From Nitrospirota bacterium (GTDB lineage: Bacteria; Nitrospirota; Nitrospiria; Nitrospirales; Nitrospiraceae), in contig CAVPBK010000006.1 in assembly GCA_963701855.1 (NCBI GenBank), positions 1,376,001 through 1,440,000 of the forward strand: a DNA stretch of 64,000 bases. The letters are read 5' to 3'. Positions 1-9,541 of the stretch are shown in pieces. The notes beneath the pieces were generated by a model. The model was not told the origin of the DNA. It saw only the letters and a program-made list of their open reading frames with translations, and made no database searches. Positions within the stretch are counted from its first letter, which is position 1. Each line of letters starts with the position of its first letter. A program made the position numbers and the translations under genes.

Positions 1-1
1 G

Positions 2-94
2 CCGAGAGGTGATCGTGTGCTGAAGTTATTGGACGATCTCCACGTCAACACGGAGGCCGAGGGCGGGTCGTCCGAAGAGCAGTCGAGTTTGTAG
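2..94 (+). CDS. rbfA: 3' end of ribosome-binding factor A (partial)
   Basis: Frame from position 2 reads PRGDRVLKLLDDLH...SSL* (TAG 92-94); typical RbfA C-terminus, directly upstream of truB. Confidence 0.7.
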   Translation, partial: PRGDRVLKLLDDLHVNTEAEGGSSEEQSSL

Positions 95-107
95 CATCGG
101 GGACATA

Positions 108-1064
108 ATGATGGGTCTCGCACAGAGTTGCGCCGTCGTCGACGGCGTGCTGATAATGAAGAAAGAGTCCGGGTGGACCTCCCATGACGTCGTGGCGAAG
201 ATTCGGCATCTTCTCGGAGGAGTCAAGGTCGGTCATGCCGGCACACTCGATCCTGCCGCAACAGGAGTCTTGCCCGTGCTGATTGGGCGGGGAACCCGCA
301 TTGCGGAATATCTTGTTGAGTGGGATAAAGAATATCGTGCCGTGCTTCGCCTCGGAGAAACGACAGATACGCAGGATGCGACGGGAACGGTCCTGGCGCG
401 CCACACAACGGACTCTGTGACGCCGGAGACGATTCATGAGGTGGTCGGTCGATTTCACGGGCCGATTGAGCAAGTTCCTCCGATGTATTCGGCGGTGAAA
501 GTCGGGGGTGTTCCGCTATATAAGTCCGCTCGGGCGGGCAAAACGATTGCCCGGGACGCGCGAAAGATCGTTATCCATGCCCTTGAGGTGGAGGCGATTC
601 AGGAGCGGGATGTAACGTTACGCATCGTCTGCTCGAAGGGGACCTATGTGCGGACGCTTTGTGCCGACATTGGAGAAGCGTTGGGTGTCGGCGGACACAT
701 GTTGGCGTTGGAGCGCAGGCGGGTGGGCCCCTTGACGATCGATCAAGCGCTGACGGTCGATGAGGTGGTCACCCGTCATGCCCTCGGTCGGTTGGGAGAT
801 GATCTGTTGTCACTTGATCGTGCGTTGGACGAACTGGGGATTGTGGTGGTGGATGAACTAACCGCCGGCCGCGTGCGACATGGGGCTCCGGTGCCTGCGG
901 ACAAGATTCTTCGTTGGGAGGGGGCAGCCAATGTCGAACGCAGGTCACACCGGCCGGTTCGTATCCACGATACCGGCGGATGTCTGGTGGCGATCGGGAA
1001 ATATCCGGACAATTCTGGAGATGCACTCAAGGTTGAGAAGGTGTTGATCGATCAGGACGTATGA
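108..1064 (+). CDS. truB: tRNA pseudouridine(55) synthase
   Basis: K..GWTSHDVV, KVGHAGTLDPAATGVL, PPMYSAVK, CSKGTYVRTL motifs. Confidence 0.97.
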   Translation: MMGLAQSCAVVDGVLIMKKESGWTSHDVVAKIRHLLGGVKVGHAGTLDPAATGVLPVLIGRGTRIAEYLVEWDKEYRAVLRLGETTDTQDATGTVLARHTTDSVTPETIHEVVGRFHGPIEQVPPMYSAVKVGGVPLYKSARAGKTIARDARKIVIHALEVEAIQERDVTLRIVCSKGTYVRTLCADIGEALGVGGHMLALERRRVGPLTIDQALTVDEVVTRHALGRLGDDLLSLDRALDELGIVVVDELTAGRVRHGAPVPADKILRWEGAANVERRSHRPVRIHDTGGCLVAIGKYPDNSGDALKVEKVLIDQDV

Positions 1065-1108
1065 GACTTCGTTGCGGATGAAGGAAAGGAACAGGAAGGA
1101 AGAAGCCC

Positions 1109-1378
1109 ATGGCATTACTCAAGGAAGCAAAGACCGAGTTGATCAAGCAGTACCGGCAGCATGAGACGGATTCCGGCTCGCCGGAAGTCCAGATCGCGGT
1201 GCTGACTAACCGAATCACGTATTTGACAGAACATTTCAAGCTCCACAAGAAAGATCATCACTCTCGGCGCGGCCTGCTTCTTTTGGTCGGGCGTCGGCGG
1301 CGTTTGCTCGACTATCTTCGTGGCGTCAGCGATGCACGCTATCGTGCCGTGATCGAACGATTGGGCATCAGAAAGTAG
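1109..1378 (+). CDS. rpsO: 30S ribosomal protein S15
   Basis: 89 aa; [25 protein letters not shown]. Confidence 0.98.
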   Translation: MALLKEAKTELIKQYRQHETDSGSPEVQIAVLTNRITYLTEHFKLHKKDHHSRRGLLLLVGRRRRLLDYLRGVSDARYRAVIERLGIRK

Positions 1379-1521
1379 CATCCCATCTCGCTGTTGCGCC
1401 AGGGTGCACAACAGCGGGTAGTAGTCAGTCGCACAGGTGAACACTGACAGAGGCTGGAGTGCGCCAATCGCTCGAGTCTCTCTCTGTGGACATCTGTGGG
1501 GCCTAACCAGAGGAGACTCAG

Positions 1522-3639
1522 ATGGTACACACAGTTGAAATAGAGGTTGCCGGGCGCATTCTGCGGCTCGAGACCGGTCGTGTAGCACGACAAGCAGACG
1601 GTTCGATTTGGGCTTCATACGGCGACACCGTCGTGCTGGCGACGGCCGTCGCGTCACAGGTTGCCAAGGCGGGCATCGATTTTCTTCCCCTCACGGTCGA
1701 TTATCAGGAAAAATCCTTCGCCGCCGGGAAGATTCCCGGCGGGTATTTCAAGCGGGAAGCGCGTCCATCGGAAAAAGCTGTGCTGACCAGCCGTCAGATC
1801 GACCGGGGGCTTCGTCCTCTCTTCCCTGAGGGCTACTACTTCGAGACACAGGTCATTGCCTCAGTCCTCTCGGCCGATCAGACCGGCTCGTCCGACATAC
1901 TCGCCATTATCGCCTCCTCTGCTGCCCTGACTATCTCGAACATTCCGTTCGACAATCCCATTGCGGGCGTAAGAATCGGCCGGCTGGACGGCAAGCTCGT
2001 CGTCAACCCGGACCTTGAGACGGTGGCGAAGAGCGAACTGCACCTTGTTGTGGCGGGGACGGCTGATGCGGTCATGATGGTCGAAGCGGGCGCGAACGAA
2101 CTGTCCGAAGCCATCATGCTCGAGGCGATCGAGCTCGCCCATGCCGAGATCAAGAAGATTGTGGCCAAGATTCGTGAGTTGCAAGCCGTCGCCGGCAAGC
2201 CCAAGCGAAAAGTGGCGAAAGAGCAGATCGACTCAACGCTCGCCGCTCAAGTGAAGGCCTTGGTGGCGCAAGGGATCCGTGATGCCATCATGATTCCGAA
2301 CAAAGCGGCCAGGCAGGAGCGGTTGGATGAGGTCAAGGATGGTGCCGTTCAAAAACTCAAGAGCGCGGACGATCCGAATCGGGAGCGGCACGTCAAGTTG
2401 GTGTTCCATGAGTTGGAATATACGGAAGTTCGGAACATGATCCTGGAGAAAGGGTCGCGGGCGGATGGACGCGGCCCGGCTGATATTCGTTCGATCACCT
2501 GCCAAGTCAGCGCATTACCACGGACACACGGCTCCGCGATTTTTACCAGGGGCGAGACCCAAAGTTTGGCTGTGGTCACGTTGGGGACCACGGACGACGA
2601 ACAGCGGATCGATGCGTTGGAAGGGGAGTACATGAGGACGTTCATGCTCCATTACAATTTTCCGCCGTTCAGCGTCGGCGAGGCGCGGCCGCTTCGCTCA
2701 CCGGGACGCCGGGAAGTCGGCCATGGCGCATTGGCCGAACGGGCGTTGGCCCCGGTGGTACCCAGCAAGGAAGTTTTCCCCTACACGCTCCGCATCGTGT
2801 CCGACATCCTTGAATCCAACGGATCCTCTTCGATGGCGACTGTGTGTGGTGGAAGCCTTGCCATGATGGACGCCGGCGTGCCGATCAGAGAAGCCGTGGC
2901 CGGAATCGCAATGGGATTAATCAAGGAAGGCGATCGGGTTATGATCCTTTCCGATATTCTTGGGCTGGAGGATCACCTGGGTGACATGGACTTTAAGGTC
3001 TGTGGCACCAAACAGGGCGTGACCGCGTTACAGATGGATATCAAGATCGGCGGCATCACGTCGGCCTTGATGCAGAAGGCCTTGGAACAAGCCAAGGCCG
3101 GCCGTTTGCACATTTTGAGTTGTATGGAGAAGGCGCTCCAAGCGCCAAGGACCACGCTGTCTGCTTACGCGCCACGGATCTTCACGATGAAGGTCAAGCA
3201 GGACAAGATCCGCGAGATCATCGGTCCGGGCGGGAAAACGATCCGCGGCATCATTGCGGATTGTGGAGTCAAGATCAATGTCGACGACAGCGGAACCGTG
3301 ACGATCGCGTCGGTCGACGGAGCCTCGGCCGAGAAGGCCAAAGAGATGATCAGTCGGATTACCGAAGAGGTTGAGATCGGGAAGATCTACATGGGCACGG
3401 TTCGGAAAATCATGGACTTTGGGGCATTTGTCGAGGTTCTTCCGGGAACCGACGGACTGGTGCATATCTCGCAGCTGGCGCATCATCGAGTTCAAGCGGT
3501 GTCTGACGAGGTGAAGGAAGGCGATCAAATTCTGGTGAAGGTCTTGGAGGTGGATCGACAAGGAAAAATCCGTCTCAGTCGCAAGGAAGCCATGCCGGCT
3601 CCGATCGGGGGCGGTTCTCCGGATCCGTCCGCCAGGTAG
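1522..3639 (+). CDS. pnp: Polyribonucleotide nucleotidyltransferase (PNPase)
   Basis: Two RNase PH domains (FLPLTVDY, RREVGHG, ESNGSSSMA), KH (IIGPGGK) and S1 domains; follows rpsO. Confidence 0.98.
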   Translation: MVHTVEIEVAGRILRLETGRVARQADGSIWASYGDTVVLATAVASQVAKAGIDFLPLTVDYQEKSFAAGKIPGGYFKREARPSEKAVLTSRQIDRGLRPLFPEGYYFETQVIASVLSADQTGSSDILAIIASSAALTISNIPFDNPIAGVRIGRLDGKLVVNPDLETVAKSELHLVVAGTADAVMMVEAGANELSEAIMLEAIELAHAEIKKIVAKIRELQAVAGKPKRKVAKEQIDSTLAAQVKALVAQGIRDAIMIPNKAARQERLDEVKDGAVQKLKSADDPNRERHVKLVFHELEYTEVRNMILEKGSRADGRGPADIRSITCQVSALPRTHGSAIFTRGETQSLAVVTLGTTDDEQRIDALEGEYMRTFMLHYNFPPFSVGEARPLRSPGRREVGHGALAERALAPVVPSKEVFPYTLRIVSDILESNGSSSMATVCGGSLAMMDAGVPIREAVAGIAMGLIKEGDRVMILSDILGLEDHLGDMDFKVCGTKQGVTALQMDIKIGGITSALMQKALEQAKAGRLHILSCMEKALQAPRTTLSAYAPRIFTMKVKQDKIREIIGPGGKTIRGIIADCGVKINVDDSGTVTIASVDGASAEKAKEMISRITEEVEIGKIYMGTVRKIMDFGAFVEVLPGTDGLVHISQLAHHRVQAVSDEVKEGDQILVKVLEVDRQGKIRLSRKEAMPAPIGGGSPDPSAR

Positions 3640-3644
3640 CTGTC

Positions 3645-4898
3645 TTGTATCGCAAGCTCGTCCTGGACAACGGGGTGCGGGTGGTGACCGAACGGATGCC
3701 GACGCTCAAGTCGGTTACCGTGGGCGTGTGGGTCAACACCGGGTCACGGGACGAGCAGCCTTCCCAGGCAGGGTATTCTCACTTCATCGAGCACATGCTC
3801 TTCAAGGGAACGCGCAAGCGTTCTTCCGCCGAAATCTCTCGCGAAATCGATGTGCTTGGCGGAGAAATGAATGCGTTCACCTCGCGTGAGACGACGACCT
3901 ATTACGTGAAGGTGTTGGATCAGCAACTGGAGCGAGCGCTCGAACTCCTTTCGGATCTGTTCCATCATTCCTGTTTCGCACCCAAAGAAATCCAAAAAGA
4001 AAAACAGGTTGTCCTGGAAGAAATTCGCATGGTCCAGGATGATCCGGAAGATCTCGTGCAAGAGCTTCACATGGGCCAAGTGCTGGGGCGTCATCCGCTT
4101 GGTCGCTCTATTCTAGGCCGAGAGAAGACGATCAGAGGGCTGCGCCGCCAGGATCTGCTGAACTATATAGAAACGCACTACAATCCGGGGCAAACCGTGG
4201 TTTCAATTGCCGGGAACTTTGAGCAGGCCAAGCTTGATCCAATGGTCGCGCGGTATTTTGGCAAGGGCCGAGCCACAAAGTCGATCCACGACAACGGGCG
4301 TCGCGTTCCTGACGTGCATGGCGGTGTCTTGCTGAAGAAGAAACGGTTGGAACAGGTGCATCTCTGTCTCGGGCTCAAAGGCGTGGCGGCCAGCCATCAT
4401 GATCGGTATGCGTTGTATGCGCTCAACAGCGTGTTGGGCGGCAGTGTAAGTTCGAGATTGTTCCAGGAGGTTCGAGAGAAGCGGGGTCTCGTCTATTCGA
4501 TCTATTCCTTCTTGTCCGGTTATTCGGACGGCGGCATGATCACGGTGTACGCGGCGACGAGGCCGAAAGAGGTGGATCGCGTCGTGGATCTTGTCTGCAG
4601 AGAGATCCGGAAGATCGGCATCAAAGGCGTTGAGCAGAAAGAACTTGAGAGGGCAAAAACCCAAATGAAGGGCAGCTTAATGCTGAGCCTGGAGAGTTCG
4701 CACAGCCGTATGAGCAAATTGGCGAAGGACGAGCTCACATACGGACGGCATACGTCGCTGGACGATATGCTGGTTCATATCGATCGTGTGAATGTGGAGC
4801 AGGTTTTCAATGTGGGCCGCCAATTTTTCGTGTTGGACTCCCTCGCGATCACAGGGCTCGGACCTCTCGCCCCACGCAGTCTTCAGGCTTATAGATAA
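3645..4898 (+). CDS. M16 family zinc peptidase
   Basis: Inverted zinc motif HFIEH (HxxEH), NAFTSRE, SSRLFQEVREKRGLVY; common position after pnp. Confidence 0.93.
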   Translation: MYRKLVLDNGVRVVTERMPTLKSVTVGVWVNTGSRDEQPSQAGYSHFIEHMLFKGTRKRSSAEISREIDVLGGEMNAFTSRETTTYYVKVLDQQLERALELLSDLFHHSCFAPKEIQKEKQVVLEEIRMVQDDPEDLVQELHMGQVLGRHPLGRSILGREKTIRGLRRQDLLNYIETHYNPGQTVVSIAGNFEQAKLDPMVARYFGKGRATKSIHDNGRRVPDVHGGVLLKKKRLEQVHLCLGLKGVAASHHDRYALYALNSVLGGSVSSRLFQEVREKRGLVYSIYSFLSGYSDGGMITVYAATRPKEVDRVVDLVCREIRKIGIKGVEQKELERAKTQMKGSLMLSLESSHSRMSKLAKDELTYGRHTSLDDMLVHIDRVNVEQVFNVGRQFFVLDSLAITGLGPLAPRSLQAYR

Positions 4899-4963
4899 GA
4901 GCTTTTGTGAAAGTTTATCAAACGCTGAAAAGTGGATTAAGAAAAAATCGAAGCATCTATCCA

Positions 4964-4976
4964 TAATACATTGATT
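4964..4976 (-). promoter_or_regulatory. Putative IHF-binding site
   Basis: Minus strand AATCAATGTATTA matches WATCAANNNNTTR, in an AT-rich tract upstream of a promoter. Confidence 0.5.
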
Positions 4977-5028
4977 ATTTAATGCATTTCATATCATATT
5001 CGAAACTGTCCACAGGGCAAAGAAATTC

Positions 5029-5057
5029 TTGACACGGTTTCATGGTTTCAGTACCAT
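5029..5057 (+). promoter_or_regulatory. sigma70-type promoter
   Basis: TTGACA (5029-5034), 17 bp spacer, TACCAT (5052-5057). Confidence 0.75.
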
Positions 5058-5242
5058 GAGAAAAATTTTTCATGCGATTCTTGATCGAAGGGACGGAGTA
5101 CGAAGAAATACAAATAGATGTGGCCAAAGTAGCATCACTCATGGCTGCATGATCCCTAAGACTGTTTTATAGCGTTCATCGTCCTTAGAAGTAAGTATCA
5201 TCGGGTATTGTGGTTGCTATTTTTATGAAGGAGGGACTAGGT

Positions 5243-5764
5243 ATGCCAAAGGTCATACTTATCGCCGCCGTGGCAGTGTTTTCTATGCTCGGTTTACTGA
5301 CGGCCCAGTTAGCCGTTGCTGAAGCCCCACCGCCGCCTTCGACTTTGACGGGGCCCACTGACAACATCGTCGGTGGAAAGCCTATGAAGGGAGAAGTCAC
5401 CAAGACTCTCAAAGGTCGGGTATGGTCACAGTGGGCCGATAATCCGGATGGAGAGTTGCTTTTTGGCATTCAATATTGGAACGCTGGGGAGCCTGGTTCA
5501 GGAACTCCAAATGGTCGTTCGTCTTCCGATCTCGACGTGAAGCCTCCGGATCCATTGTTCAGCTGCTGTGGCTGGGGCTTTGTCGGTGGAACGGATAAGA
5601 ACAACCCTTATTCAGGGTGGTACCATGCCGCCACGACCGTCCGGTTGGCGGTAAAGGACAAGGCTCTTATGGACCAGATCATCAAGGCCTCCCAGGAACT
5701 CATCGCGATGGAAGTGAGTTTGGATGGTCGGACGATCACCGGCTTCAAGGTTATTAAGGAATAG
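5243..5764 (+). CDS. Secreted protein of unknown function (possible OB-fold-like beta protein)
   Basis: RBS AAGGAGG before ATG 5243; signal peptide MPKVILIAAVAVFSMLGLLTAQLAVA; Pro-rich linker; no recognised family. Confidence 0.8.
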   Translation: MPKVILIAAVAVFSMLGLLTAQLAVAEAPPPPSTLTGPTDNIVGGKPMKGEVTKTLKGRVWSQWADNPDGELLFGIQYWNAGEPGSGTPNGRSSSDLDVKPPDPLFSCCGWGFVGGTDKNNPYSGWYHAATTVRLAVKDKALMDQIIKASQELIAMEVSLDGRTITGFKVIKE

Positions 5765-5813
5765 ACCTTAATCAGTTTTAACTCTTTCATGTCCTGTTAA
5801 GGAGGACGCGAAC

Positions 5814-6482
5814 ATGAAGTTTCATACGAAAGGCTGGGCTGTGACGGCCGCGGTGGCGCTGGCGGTTTCTGCGGCCTCCACCGCACTGGCGATCGAATCA
5901 TTCCAAGAGCGGTTTGAGTGGGGGGATATGAGCAAGCCGACGACATTGCAGGGTCGCGTGATCGTGCTCGATCCCTACGATGAAGCAGTCTGGATAAACG
6001 TTTCTGTGTTCGGCGGGGCTGCAGAGAGTGGTCTCTTCTGGCAGAAGATCCATCCGGGGAAAAACCTAAAGTTCTACGCAGACAAAGGTGCCTGGGAAGA
6101 ACTCAAGAAGATGGGCCGTCCTCATGCGGGACCAGCTGCCGCGAAGGAAGTGCCACCGTCCAGCACGACTGACCTGATCGAATTTACTGTGACCGAACCG
6201 GAGCAGAATCATCGTGTCATTTCTTCGGTCAAGAAGCTTCCTGAAGTGGCCGGTTCCATGGGGAAGCCTCTGAGCATCTCAGGTCTGCGATTGAAGGAGT
6301 GCGCGGGGAAGAGCGAAATTGAGGCTGGCTGCGCAGCAGCAAAGCAAGGACTCAATACTTCACCGAAGTCTCCTGACGGGGCCGCTTTACCTATGCAGTA
6401 TGATGTGTTGCTTCCAGGTGGTAAGCCCGTTGCAGGGCTAATCCCCTGGACCGCGAAGTACAACCTTGGGTCTGGTCACTGA
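5814..6482 (+). CDS. Secreted protein of unknown function, probable paralog of the upstream gene
   Basis: RBS AAGGAGG; signal peptide ending ALA; TLQGRV motif echoes TLKGRV of the upstream protein. Confidence 0.8.
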   Translation: MKFHTKGWAVTAAVALAVSAASTALAIESFQERFEWGDMSKPTTLQGRVIVLDPYDEAVWINVSVFGGAAESGLFWQKIHPGKNLKFYADKGAWEELKKMGRPHAGPAAAKEVPPSSTTDLIEFTVTEPEQNHRVISSVKKLPEVAGSMGKPLSISGLRLKECAGKSEIEAGCAAAKQGLNTSPKSPDGAALPMQYDVLLPGGKPVAGLIPWTAKYNLGSGH

Positions 6483-6505
6483 CCCGAGAAAGTCAATGAC
6501 TTCTG

Positions 6506-6540
6506 AGGCGGCATTTCCGAAAGGGGATGCCGCCTTTTTA
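6506..6540 (+). terminator. Rho-independent terminator
   Basis: AGGCGGCATTTCC-GAAA-GGGGATGCCGCCT followed by a T run, between convergent genes. Confidence 0.85.
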
Positions 6541-9204
6541 TTTCTCGTGATTGTCTTGCCCGGTTGGACCGATCCGGTGCTGTAGGTCGGCGAGGCGATT
6601 GAGCGCATCGAGCGGAGTCATGGAGAAGAGGTCGATCTGTTTCACTTCTTCGATGATTGGATGTGGTTGGGGGAGCGAGGCACGCGACGGTTCTTTCTCT
6701 GAAGATATTGACATGTCGTCGATGGTGGTATCCGGTCGTTCCAACTGGGCCAGGACTTGTTGAGCTCGGGCAATCACCGTAGAAGGGAGCCCCGCTAGTT
6801 TTGCGACATGAATACCATAGCTGCGATCTGCGCCGCCCGGCACAATTTTACGCAAGAAGACCACGTCTCCATCCCGTTCCTGGACTGCTACGCAATAGTT
6901 TCTGATCCCCTCCCGCAACCCTTCCAGTTGCGTCATTTCGTGATAGTGAGTGGCGAACAGCGTCCTGGCCCCCAGATGCCGGCGGTCTTGGATGTGCTCC
7001 GCAATTGCCCATGCAATGCTCAGTCCATCATAGGTGCTGGTCCCTCGGCCGATCTCATCCAGAAGAATTAAGCTGCGGGAGGTCGCACTGTTCAAAATAT
7101 GCGCCGATTCGATCATCTCCACCATGAAGGTACTCTGTCCAGCAGCCAAGTTGTCCGAGGCCCCCACGCGTGTGAAAATCCGATCGACCAATCCAATGCG
7201 GGCTTCGGTCGCCGGCACAAAACTTCCGATCTGCGCCAACAATACGATCAGCGCGACCTGACGGAGGTAGGTACTCTTTCCAGCCATATTAGGCCCTGTG
7301 AGGATCACAAGCCGGTTGCCCTCACAGTCGAGAGAAGTGTCATTGGGCACGAAGGTCAGATCGTTGCCGAGTTGCTCAACGACAGGATGTCGGCCTTCTC
7401 GAATGAGAATTGTGTGGCTCTCATCGACGAGGGGTTTGACGTAGCGATGTAATGCGGCGGTTTCGGCCAGACCGGCAAGGACGTCGAGCAACGCCACGGT
7501 CTGGGCCATGGCTTGAAGACGAGGCATCTCGTTCGCCAAGCGCCCACACAATTGCTCGAACAGCTCCTGCTCGAGCGCCAACAGTTTAATTTCTGCCCCT
7601 GTGACACGCTCTTCCAGTTCTTTCAGTTCCGGCGTCATGAATCGTTCGGCATTGACCAGCGTCTGCTTGCGAATGTAATCGGGCGGGATGCGGGAGAAGT
7701 GCGTCTTGGTGATTTCGATGTAGTAGCCGAACACCTGATTATAACGAACCTTCAACGAGTCGATTCCCGTTCGCTCCCGTTCTTTGGCCTCCAACGAGGC
7801 GATCCAGCCTTTGCCCTCCGTGCTTGCCTTGCGCAGTTCATCGACCTCGGCATGGTACCCTTCTCGAATCATGCCGCCGTCACGAAGCGACAGCGGGGCA
7901 TCCGCCTTGACGGCCTGCTCAATCGTGTCATGCACGTCGCGGCAGTCGTCCCACGACTCACGGACAGCGGCCAGTAACGAGGCGCCGAACGGTTTGAGAT
8001 GGGACCGTAACTCAGGCAGGGCGCTCACGGACTGTTTCAAGGCGAGTAGTTCGCGAGGTCCCGCGACGCCGAGCGTCACGCGACTGCTCAAACGGGCGAT
8101 GTCTTGTACATCACGGAGCGTAGTCCGGAACGACACGCGTTGTTGAATCCGGTCTTTCAACTCCCCGACCGCATCGAGTCGAGCTTGAATGGCGCTGCGA
8201 TCGAGGAGCGGTCTGATGAGCCAATCGCGTAACAAGCGACTACCCATGGCCGTCGCGGTGCGGTCCAGCACCGACAAAACCGTGGGCTGGTCCTGCCCTG
8301 ATCGGTGCTCACCGGCTCCCAACGGTCGTATGAGTTCGAGATTGCGAATCGTCGCGCTATCCAAATGCATCGCGTCGCTGCTCCAGCGAGTTTGCAGACG
8401 GCGGAGGTGTGCGAGGGAGGCGGTCGGCTGGGTTTCACGAACATATCGCAGGACCGCTCCGGCGGCTCCGATCCCGGCGGTCAAGCCGCGACAGCCGAAT
8501 CCGTCAAGCGAGTGCACCGCAAACTGTGTCTGGAGTAGATGCGTGGCGTCCTTGGGATTGAAGGAGGCCGAGGGTTGTGCGCAGAGGCGTGGCCCACGCA
8601 GGCGAGTCAGGCACAATCCGGCATTCGTAGCGGAATCGGGGTGGAGCAGTTCACGCGGTTCCAGCCTAGCCAGCTCATCCATGAGCTGGAGCTCTGCCCG
8701 TGCTCCCTGGAACTCTGTCATCCAAAACTCCCCGGTGGAGACGTCCAGACAGGCCAGTCCAATGACGGATTGCCCCTTGGCAGATGGGGCCATGGTGTCG
8801 GAGAAGGCGACAGCCGTCAAGAAGTGCGACTCTCCCGGTGCAAGGAATTCAGTATCGATCAGCGTGCCCGGCGTATACAAACGAACGACTTCGCGTCGCA
8901 CGAGACCCTTCGCGAGTTTCGGGTCCTCCACCTGTTCGCAGAGTGCGACGGTTCGCCCAGCCTTGAGGAGCTTTGCGATATAACCTTGAGCCGCATGGTA
9001 GGGCACTCCGCAGAGCGGAACTGGGTTGGGGCTGGATTTGTCGCGAGAGGTGAGGGCAATGGAGAGCAGTTTGGAGGCGATCTGCGCATCCTCGTAAAAC
9101 ATTTCGTAGAAGTCGCCGACGCGGAATAACAGAACGGCATCGGGATAGCCGCGCTTGATCTCGCGGTATTGCCGCATCAAGGGTGAGGCGCCTGCGTCAC
9201 TCAT
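6538..9204 (-). CDS. mutS: DNA mismatch repair protein MutS
   Basis: SPLMRQY, FRVGDFYEMF, TGPNMAGKSTY, DEIGRGTST, SYGIHVAKLAG; start placed at MSDAG. Confidence 0.98.
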   Translation of the reverse strand: MSDAGASPLMRQYREIKRGYPDAVLLFRVGDFYEMFYEDAQIASKLLSIALTSRDKSSPNPVPLCGVPYHAAQGYIAKLLKAGRTVALCEQVEDPKLAKGLVRREVVRLYTPGTLIDTEFLAPGESHFLTAVAFSDTMAPSAKGQSVIGLACLDVSTGEFWMTEFQGARAELQLMDELARLEPRELLHPDSATNAGLCLTRLRGPRLCAQPSASFNPKDATHLLQTQFAVHSLDGFGCRGLTAGIGAAGAVLRYVRETQPTASLAHLRRLQTRWSSDAMHLDSATIRNLELIRPLGAGEHRSGQDQPTVLSVLDRTATAMGSRLLRDWLIRPLLDRSAIQARLDAVGELKDRIQQRVSFRTTLRDVQDIARLSSRVTLGVAGPRELLALKQSVSALPELRSHLKPFGASLLAAVRESWDDCRDVHDTIEQAVKADAPLSLRDGGMIREGYHAEVDELRKASTEGKGWIASLEAKERERTGIDSLKVRYNQVFGYYIEITKTHFSRIPPDYIRKQTLVNAERFMTPELKELEERVTGAEIKLLALEQELFEQLCGRLANEMPRLQAMAQTVALLDVLAGLAETAALHRYVKPLVDESHTILIREGRHPVVEQLGNDLTFVPNDTSLDCEGNRLVILTGPNMAGKSTYLRQVALIVLLAQIGSFVPATEARIGLVDRIFTRVGASDNLAAGQSTFMVEMIESAHILNSATSRSLILLDEIGRGTSTYDGLSIAWAIAEHIQDRRHLGARTLFATHYHEMTQLEGLREGIRNYCVAVQERDGDVVFLRKIVPGGADRSYGIHVAKLAGLPSTVIARAQQVLAQLERPDTTIDDMSISSEKEPSRASLPQPHPIIEEVKQIDLFSMTPLDALNRLADLQHRIGPTGQDNHEK

Positions 9205-9541
9205 TGCGTCGGTCTCGATGTGATTCACCGGTGCGGGTGGGGGATACACGATCGGTGGCTGTATCGAGCGAGACGCGTAGCCGCTCTAAGTCTACTTCGG
9301 CTTCTTGCAGCGCTTTGGTTTTTCTGCGGAGTTCGATACGGCTCCGCACCCATGGAGGGAAAAGAAGAATACCGGAGACGAGTAGCCCAACCGCAAATCC
9401 TGCCAGGATGGGTTTATAGATCGGCGTCGAGGCTTCAAAGAGACCAAAGAAGTACCGGAGCGTGACTTCCTGTTCCTGGTTCTGAAGGAAAAAAGCCAGG
9501 GAGAGGAGCAGCAGAACTCCGACCAAAATCAGTCTAATCAT
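9197..9541 (-). CDS. LapA-like (DUF1049) membrane protein
   Basis: TM helix, FFLQN..V.L.Y motif, second TM helix, then coiled coil. Confidence 0.7.
   Translation of the reverse strand: MIRLILVGVLLLLSLAFFLQNQEQEVTLRYFFGLFEASTPIYKPILAGFAVGLLVSGILLFPPWVRSRIELRRKTKALQEAEVDLERLRVSLDTATDRVSPTRTGESHRDRRNE

Noticed and set aside
4899..5240. Replication origin in the AT-rich gap
   Set aside because: Only one weak DnaA-box-like sequence (CTGTCCACA) and no dnaA/gidA context
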